DNA from: Trichoplax sp. H2
Taxonomy: Eukaryota
Assembly (NCBI GenBank): GCA_003344405.1
Contig: NOWV01000284.1
Span: 1-64,000, forward strand
Direction: 5' to 3'
DNA length: 64,000 nt
This document shows positions 56,001 through 64,000 of this stretch, piece after piece (positions within the stretch are counted from its first letter, which is position 1; every line of letters starts with the position of its first letter). The position numbers and the translations under genes are program-made. Under the pieces are notes generated by a model. The model searched no databases. It worked only from the letters and a program-made list of their open reading frames with translations, and was not told where the DNA came from.

Positions 56001-59000
56001 AGTTGATTCTACGTTTTTTAAGACATTCACTACAATTTCGTGAACAGCTGAAGGATCAGTTGTTTTGTTTTGGCTAACATTGACCTCTTCTTGTTCGATA
56101 GTTTCGTTATAAATATAAGCACATTCAGCCAGTGAATTTCTTCTCGGTCTATTATCGATTGCTATCACCTCACGATTATTAATGCGACATCCATTGGTCT
56201 GTAAGCTTGCACCTATTGCGTATTCATATAGCGGAAATAGGTATTAATTGCTATACGGTAGTACTTGCTACTGCACTTAATATTGAATAGATTAAGTTAA
56301 TCATTGTGAAGATGATAACAGCCACGGAAAAAAAGGTGAAAGATATTGAACTAAGATCGTAAACAATAACCAATGGAATGACCTTCGAAATGTTCAATTT
56401 GCTACGAATTATTTCATTGGCGAAGTGATTAATAAATGATGAGAACATGAATAAGTCTAACATAATTAATTCCTTATAGAAATATAGATATAGAAATGTA
56501 CAGTACAGTATAATTATAATACGTTATGAAATTTTAATCTAATATTAATATTATTCACCCAAGGTCAAACAGTTACAAAATAAAGCGTCCGTACGTGGTA
56601 GATAATTAGGATAAAAAAATCTTGGGAAAGTATAATGATCAGTGCAAACTGATCTGGAGGAGTACTTTTTTTATCAACCAATTTACTATATTGCATTTAA
56701 GGTCTTGCAAAACTCTTGGAATTTTCTATTTCACTATCTTAACGCATAAAATTGTAAGCATGTAATAACTTATTACATACGTATTAATAACTATTACACA
56801 ATATATCACTACCTCGATTCTGAATTCCTAATCCTAGATCAATCGATTGTCGTCTTTTATTCGGATTATTTTGTTGAGATTGAACGAAACTTGGCTGGTA
56901 GGTTACTTGTAGATGTAAAGATGCTACATTTGATAAGCTTGTGGCAGGAAATATTGTCTTTAACGGCGATCCTGGGCATTTAGTTATGTCGTCCCGGCTA
57001 CATATCCTAATTACAATAATTAATTTAATTGTTATAGCAGACCAACGTGCTGACTTTCTTTAGTGGAGCGGTGATAAAAATTTTAGTTGCCTTTTTAATT
57101 CATTAATAAAAAAATGAATCTTGATATACTATAGGTATAGGTGTGACTATGCATTACGAAAGCTAGGTAGAAGTGTTATAATAGCTATATCTACAATTTT
57201 ACAGAAAACTTGAATCCATGACAATGATTGACATACATCCAGTCGTATATAAATTTTAGTGTAGCAAACTACTATTGAACTCAATTAAATCAAAGTTTCA
57301 GACATAATAGCTATATTGCTTTAACTGGACTTTAGTAATTTACTTGCATTGATATGAAGGAAAGTGTACAAAGCTGCTGTTTCAAAACTAAAACGGAAGT
57401 CATCGTTAGCAGCGTAAAAATACTGTGGGTGTATAATCTTGCACAGTGTACTATTCGCGATGATATTTCTAGATAATTTATTCGACTAATTTCTAGAGAG
57501 GCTATGAAATTTGATCATTACTATGACTGCATGAGTAGGTCACTTGTTCATTAAAATTGCCTAGAGCAGTACAATAACATCAATAAAGTTCAATTAATAA
57601 TGTTGTGTCAATTACTAACTTGTAGACCACATTCGATGGCATTTGGCCTTGACTTTCTTGCATCATTGCTCGAATTTGTGAATAATAAAGATGCGATTTC
57701 ATACTCTTAACCGTTAGATTCGATGCTAACATAGGAGTTGGTGTGCTAGTGGAATCTTCACCACTGTAAAATTTTGATTAAAGAATAGTAAAACAATTAC
57801 AAATAATACATACTAGGCAAGAATCTCTAGTTTGCTGGTGTGACTTTATTTTGTTTGGCTAATAAAAGTTAAAACTTCTTCGTACTGTATTATCACAAGT
57901 TGCATGCCATTCTAATATAGTAAAGCATTTTTCCTTTAAGTAATCCTTACAAACGTCATTTCTCCAATTTCTGTTATAATTTGATAGGGAATAGGATTTT
58001 GTAGATTTTAAAAATCAACTAATACATATAAAATTCTTCTCAAATACCGACCGTAACAGTTTGATATTTAAACATATGAAGGAAAATTTCTCTAATATCG
58101 AATTCAATAATTACATAACGAGTATACAGTATATATGAGTAAAATTATTTCAAGAACTGCAACTCTTCTTATTCAAAACATTCCAGTGTTTGAATATATA
58201 TTGCAATATTATAAATCTAGTTAGCTTCTATTATTTTTGATGGATAGATATCAATTATACTGCTGAAACAGATATTGTAGTATTCGAAATACTTTTCAAT
58301 TGGTGACTATATCATCCATGCAGATAAGTTTGGTATTATAATTTAAAGTAGATGCATTACAAGTTACCAATATAGTTAAGTTGCAATCAAGCTTGAATAA
58401 TGACAATTTCGTACTCATAAAAGGGTTAATTTGATATAGGTTAGCTATTTGAATCCGATTTCGTCTTCGTTTTTAATTAGGTAAAAAATGGGATGATATC
58501 GAATAGAAACTATTCGTATGTGAGAAAATTATTTTATAGCTATGTATTCATTTCCAACTCCAGAAGTAGCCATAATCACTGCATTTTTTAAGAGCCAGTT
58601 CAGTACAGTATGGCATCGCTACTGGGATATTTTAAAGCGATAATGTAAAATAATATCACAGCAGTTACATAAACTGTAGTACAGTACCATCTAAACTGTG
58701 TACTTTATCACTTACTCTTTCAAAACCGATATCATCCACTGTTCCATAAGGACGAAATCTTCCGAATTGACCTGAGTTGGACATGATACACGCTGAGGCC
58801 ATGTGAGATCCGCTATTCTCTCTGATGATTCTTTAGTAATCGTTTCAAAACTACTTTGTTTGACCCATACTTCAATACATACCACGTTTTTATTTTGGCT
58901 TATGATTCGATCAAACTGCTTAATAGCAGCCTTTCCTAATTGGGTCTACGCGATAACGTAGTTTATTGGAGGTATTAGATAAAAAATGATTTATTTTAAC

Positions 59001-59479
59001 AAAATGAATGAACGGCTAGCTTAAGTTTGGGCGGGTAGTTGTACCAATATTGACATAGAATTTAAAATGAAGTACTTGAAATAGGTTTATATAGTATAGT
59101 ACAAAAGTGCGTACATACTATATAGCAATGAACACTAGGCAAACGGAAGATAACGCTGTTTACTACAATTGCACTGTAACTGTTGTGAACCCTAATTTTA
59201 TGCTAGTAGATTAGGATTGTTACAATTTAAGATAATTAAGATAACTGTATTTAATTCTAAACATGTTCAAGAGTAGATACAATAATTCATAAAAACAGAA
59301 ACAATCAAGATATTTTTGCGTATTTTCAAAGACGGTTTGGCATGATTATTACTAACCTTTATCTGTTGCGGGGCACCTAGTAATCTCGGATAATCAGGCC
59401 CTTCGAGAAATCCTTTCTTTGATAAATGTGGAAGCCTGCTTTGAGTTATTAGTAAAGTGATTTGGCGAACGACATCCAT
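53079..59479 (-). CDS. ATOSA/FAM214: Atos homolog (FAM214 family; DUF4210 + C-terminal conserved domain), ~774 aa, 14 coding exons
   Basis: Exons 59479-59357, 58945-58716, 57763-57620, 57006-56813, 56212-55293, 54991-54945, 54771-54741, 54619-54536, 54278-54234, 54125-54015, 53902-53834, 53637-53512, 53399-53365, 53244-53079; all phases compatible. Family motifs LLGNFEESVLNNR, FYYNVSDNKAPSPYLG, YHIPKKGT, YDLSDMPGKSKTFLRQRT, LLYVIHLRFISSKSCRIYL; N-terminal LLITQSRLP, LMEQW, YYSQIRAM. The true start may lie in a further upstream exon. Confidence 0.9.
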
Positions 59480-62184
59480 AGTTTGAGCTTAGCAGTATTT
59501 CAAATAAAGGTACCACCGGTAGCAAAGGTGCTAAAATGGTAAGAATAAAATCTATAAATAATTACGGTAACCAATGGAGCATTTCCTTCATCGATTTTAT
59601 GTGCTATCATATTAGTATCCTATGCTGTACAGTATATATCATGGGCAATAGCAAACGAAGCAGATTCATTACAAAATGATTTGTATCCTAGTAATTTCGT
59701 AGATACACATTGCAAGGTAAGATATTTAATTTTACTTTTTTAACATGATATAGAAATATTGTCCATTCCACAGTGTTACTTTTACAGAATAAATTGTTAT
59801 ATGAGTCGGTTCGTTCCAAAAGCTAAACCAGTAGTAAGAATAATATATAATATTTCCCTTCACTTTTGCTGTTGTAATTTTGAACTAAGCGTATATAAGA
59901 GCTATATGAAAGGCATACAGTTATTATATGTTACTGAAGAGATCTCGAGGTTTTCAGTAAGCGTAAAAATACGTAAGTTGGAATACAGCTGGCAGCCAGG
60001 CCACTTTAAATAGGCGTAATATTTGATGACTTACTGTAGAGATTGTAAGTGGTAATTGTCAAACGCGTATATTTTAGTAGATCCCAAATTATTATAGAAA
60101 TACTACAGTATAATATTTGTAGACAAAGTTGCTTGATAATTCCTGACAAGATAAAATCTTCTCGGCTAATAAAATACACAATATGATAGTCGGTTTACTG
60201 CAGTGATACATCACTTGGCTTGCAATAAGGAACAGTTATTACTTATTATAATAATATTCAGACATAACTGTCGTTTCTATAGATTTCTTCGTCATTATTA
60301 GTTCAATTCGATTCCACTGCGTATAATAGTAAGTCAATAATTACAGCGATCAATGTTTGTAAACTACTTATGGCAATAATCGGTTACCAAGAGTATGTGT
60401 CAATATTGCTTGCATAGATACAAAAAATGATAAAACAGCTGCACTTTAAATGATAGATCATATATATAGTCATTAATGCTCACATAAGGGTTAGCATCAT
60501 TTTACTACAGTCGTCAAGACATCTTGCATAGTATACATTAGAAGAAGAAAATTGAAAAGTCCAATGTATCAGTTTTTAAAATAACAGTAAGCTCTAATAC
60601 AACAGCAAGTATCATTGTTAGCAACATCAATCAATTTTTTTATTAAAATTTCAGTAGTACGATCTTAGTGCAAACATCATACTGTACAGCTAAATTTCAA
60701 TTCGCTAATTACGCTCATGTATATTGGTAATTTTAAAATCGATATAATTCAGCCATGATATAACAGTTCTAGTGATTTCATTTTGTTAGTTTTTCGCCGT
60801 CTTTAACGAACATTTCGATAGTCCTTATACAACTTTTATTGTAAACTCTCTACATTACGGACATTACGGATACTATGTCAATCTCGAAAAATCAATATAT
60901 GGAAGTACATTAAGTTGTTATATGTGATGGTATGAAATAAATGGATTAAATTGGTAAAAAAATAGAGTTGACTTCCGATAGCACTAGATAGAAATCAAAA
61001 TAGGCCGCTCAAAACAATGCCAAATACCATATCTACGCATTTTTGAATTCATTAATTCATTCGTGTTCATTTCCTAGTACTACAGTAGATATGATTTCAC
61101 AAGATCGCAAACAGACTAAACTAGTGCGCTTCAAATCTATCATACTTAACACTTATTCAAAGGTACACTAGAATTGAATTTCTACCTGCAGAAGCAGCCA
61201 TTCCGCCACATTGTTCCCTTTAAACCTGATTAAACATGTGCAATGCCCCAATTCTTAAGACAGATCATAATAACTGCAATCCATGCAGACAATTTATCCT
61301 CAATCTCCTAAAAACTGGTGTTAATATCTACATTGGTTTACATACAATACTACTATACTGTACTTAGTCATCCAAAATTTTATGGAAACGAGTCGGTAAG
61401 GTGTGCTCACTTAAATGATGGGTTCAAGAGTTTAATCCCTACTTCCATAACGATTAAAATTTGAACGGTTACTTCTTTACAGCCAGCATATACGTAATAT
61501 CACAGAGGGTAAAAGAAAGAAAAAAAAACTAGCTATAATACTATAGCGTTGAAATAGGTCAGGATTGACCTCTAGTACGGTACAAGCTAAGTAGAGTAAA
61601 TTGGCATTGGTAATAGATGAAAAACTGTGGATCAATATGAAATTTGAAGTTATTGGTACTTTGTAATAATCTATTTCTATGGACCAACAGATACAGCTAC
61701 AGCTGATCACGGTTTGGTTTAGGTTTTGAAACCTTCACTATTTCAATGCCGAATCAAACCAGACACTGTAAATTTGAAATCAAAATCAAACTAAATGAGA
61801 AAATGTTTTACCATTATCAAAGGAAACCTGCTCGCCCGAAGTATAATTTGCCTTTCAACATCAAAGTACACATCAATGTACAAGTCTATCAATGGAAAAT
61901 TTGAAATTATTGATATTTTACAATAATCTACTTCTCCTTATGTAGCGTAGCGAGTACAGGAAAATTTAGCTAGTCCAAACGCTGGCAATGCGAAATTTAA
62001 AGTTATTGAAATTTGGTAATAACCTATTTCTGCTTCTAATATAGCAACTACATGTGATTTTCGCTAGTCCAAACACTTCCAATGTGCAATTTCAAGCTAT
62101 TGATAGAAAGGAATAAATCTGCTTGTATTAGTACACCCATTTTGTCAGGCATGTTTGTATCCGATTGTAATTGAGTAATTTATG

Positions 62185-62560
62185 CTGTCGTAGAGTATAG
62201 CATGGAGTAACCATTTTACTGTTTGTAAAATTCTATATAGTAGTGGCATTTTAAGAGATTTAATGCGCTTTTCAACATTGCATCTACGATGGCTTTATAC
62301 AGAGAGTAGGATGATAGATAGTTGAGTTAATTTTACAAATTCGATTTTGTAGTGGCATTTTCAGAGGTTGAAAAGTGTTTTTCAACATTGCATCTACTAC
62401 AGTGGCTTTCTACAGGGACTTGGAAGATGCAGAATTGAGTCAATTTTACAACTTCTATTTTGTAGTGGCATTTTAAGAGGTTTAAAGTGTTTTTCAACAT
62501 TGCATTTACCATTGCTTTATACACGGACTTGAATGGTAGATAGTTGAGTCAATTTTACAA
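62185..62560. repeat. Tandem repeat, ~3.5 copies of ~108 bp
   Basis: TAGTGGCATTTT.AGAG...TTTTCAACATTGCAT.TAC...GCTTT.TACA...GTTGAGT.AATTTTACAA at ~62241, ~62349 and ~62463. Further degenerate repeats (AAATTT.AA.TTATTG) at 61560-62100. Confidence 0.88.
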
Positions 62561-64000
62561 AATATTCAACAATAGTAATAACAACTTATTATAGTAACTA
62601 TTTATTAGCATATCTGTAGAAAGAAAGTTATACAATGCTAGGCATGTTATTATTTGTATTCTCTTTTATGAAAGTCAAAACAAACTCTGCCGCCTTTTAA
62701 TAATAACTCGGTGATGAAACACGGGCAAAACACAATAACCGTGGAAGTCATGGAATATTGAGTTATTGAGTAGAGCAATAGGAGTCGACTAAAGAATAAC
62801 TCCTTTTGTATCTGATTGCTATCATCAATGACAGTTTAGCGTCATAAGGAATAAAAAACATTGCTTGCATCGCATATTATGCTTTTTCTTTTAATGGATC
62901 CCATTTTATAGCAGTTTATGAAATGCTTCTTTCTCAATCTACATGGTTCAAATTATGTCGCCAAAGTAATCCACTAGCTTAATCGCAACTCGCTCTTATT
63001 AGTGTAAGCAATGGGCCAAACTTTCAATTGTACTCTAAATTACAGTACTGGGAATGTTTTGATCATGTTAATAAGATTGAATACTTTATTTACGATATGG
63101 GATACCAAAAAAACGAACTTTTCATAAAATTTACTTTCCTTTGTCTGGTTGAGTGTTGTACTTACAAACTACTGTACACTATAGTGTATACTAGACAGAC
63201 AAGGCGTAAATCATGACATGAATTCAAACTTGTACCAGTCTATCCCATTTCTTCAGTAAATGTTGCACAAGCTGTAAAATTATACAAGTTTGTGTATCTA
63301 TCTTTATCAACTTCATCGAAATGAAATCAATAAATTACGATCAATCCTCCAAATGCTTCTTTTTTTTTATGACGCGTACATCGATATACATAATAATAAT
63401 ATACTGTCAGTGGAGTTTGTTAAGATTGACCAATCTACTCTGTGAAGTCCTTCAATGATCCACTACCTTATGTTGTTCCATCCCTCCCGCTGCTACGATG
63501 GCACTGCCGGTGTTGCAGTAACATCAATAAATATTATAGCTTCTATTGGTGTACCTCTTTCTACAGTACTGAATAGTTAGTGTCTAATGTCGTAAAACAC
63601 CATTACTCTTCTTCATAAAATGGTTCCAGCTGCTAAATGATGACAGATGAGACAGCGGAATATTACGACATTAACAATCAATCAATTTGTTGCCGTTTTA
63701 TCAGGCCAATCAATAAATGAAATGAAAATTTTGATCGATTGGAGTCGATTATTTCACACTATAAAATGAAAGAAAAAAATAAATCTCTCGCCATTTAGAA
63801 TATTCATTGACTACAAATGTCTACCAAATAAAAGATTCAAGTTGAAGCAATGATGAGAATCGATACTTTTTCTACGATATTTATTACCGGTTCTTTATCT
63901 TTCTAAAGAACGCTTGTGCTATATCATTGGTAATGTCTGCTCCTTAATTAATTTATGTGAAAGTAACTTATGTTATTGAATGTTTTAGTAATTGGTTGAA

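Noticed and set aside
57344..57450. Extra exon-like open segment inside the FAM214 gene
   Set aside because: Direct splicing 57620 to 57006 is in phase and gives the family-like sequence (NVVYKICSR); including the segment breaks the phase.
59759..64000. Short ORFs at the window end (59759, 61477, 62333, 63028)
   Set aside because: AT-rich or repeat-derived with no motifs; probably upstream or intronic sequence of FAM214.

Overview
AT-rich eukaryotic genomic DNA with compact multi-exon genes and GT-AG introns. Gene content and intron structure look like an early-branching animal, possibly a placozoan (inference, not verified). Exon chains were reconstructed by hand with splice-phase checks. 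Four conserved genes were found: RAB8 (+), centrin-3 (-), GPATCH4 (+, head-to-head with centrin-3) and an ATOS/FAM214 homolog (-). There is also a two-exon orphan gene (+). Between about 18.7 and 44.4 kb lie three very divergent paralogs (A +, B -, C -; about 950-1030 aa). Each fuses an N-terminal dynamin-like GTPase domain and a long helical region to a C-terminal protein kinase domain, an architecture reminiscent of DSTYK-like proteins. Their catalytic motifs are lost in a complementary pattern. C keeps the G1/G2/G3 GTPase motifs and a hydrophobic membrane-paddle-like segment, but its kinase is a pseudokinase. B has lost the GTPase motifs but keeps GxGxxG, the beta3 Lys and HRDLKxxN (DFG is EIG). 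A is degenerate in both domains yet is an intact ORF. This suggests a split GTPase/kinase hetero-oligomeric system (hypothesis). Non-coding DNA holds many local tandem duplications of about 90-410 bp, structured repeats upstream of RAB8, and clusters of TACTGTA/TACAGTA motifs near promoters. No rRNA, tRNA, CRISPR array or transposase was recognised.
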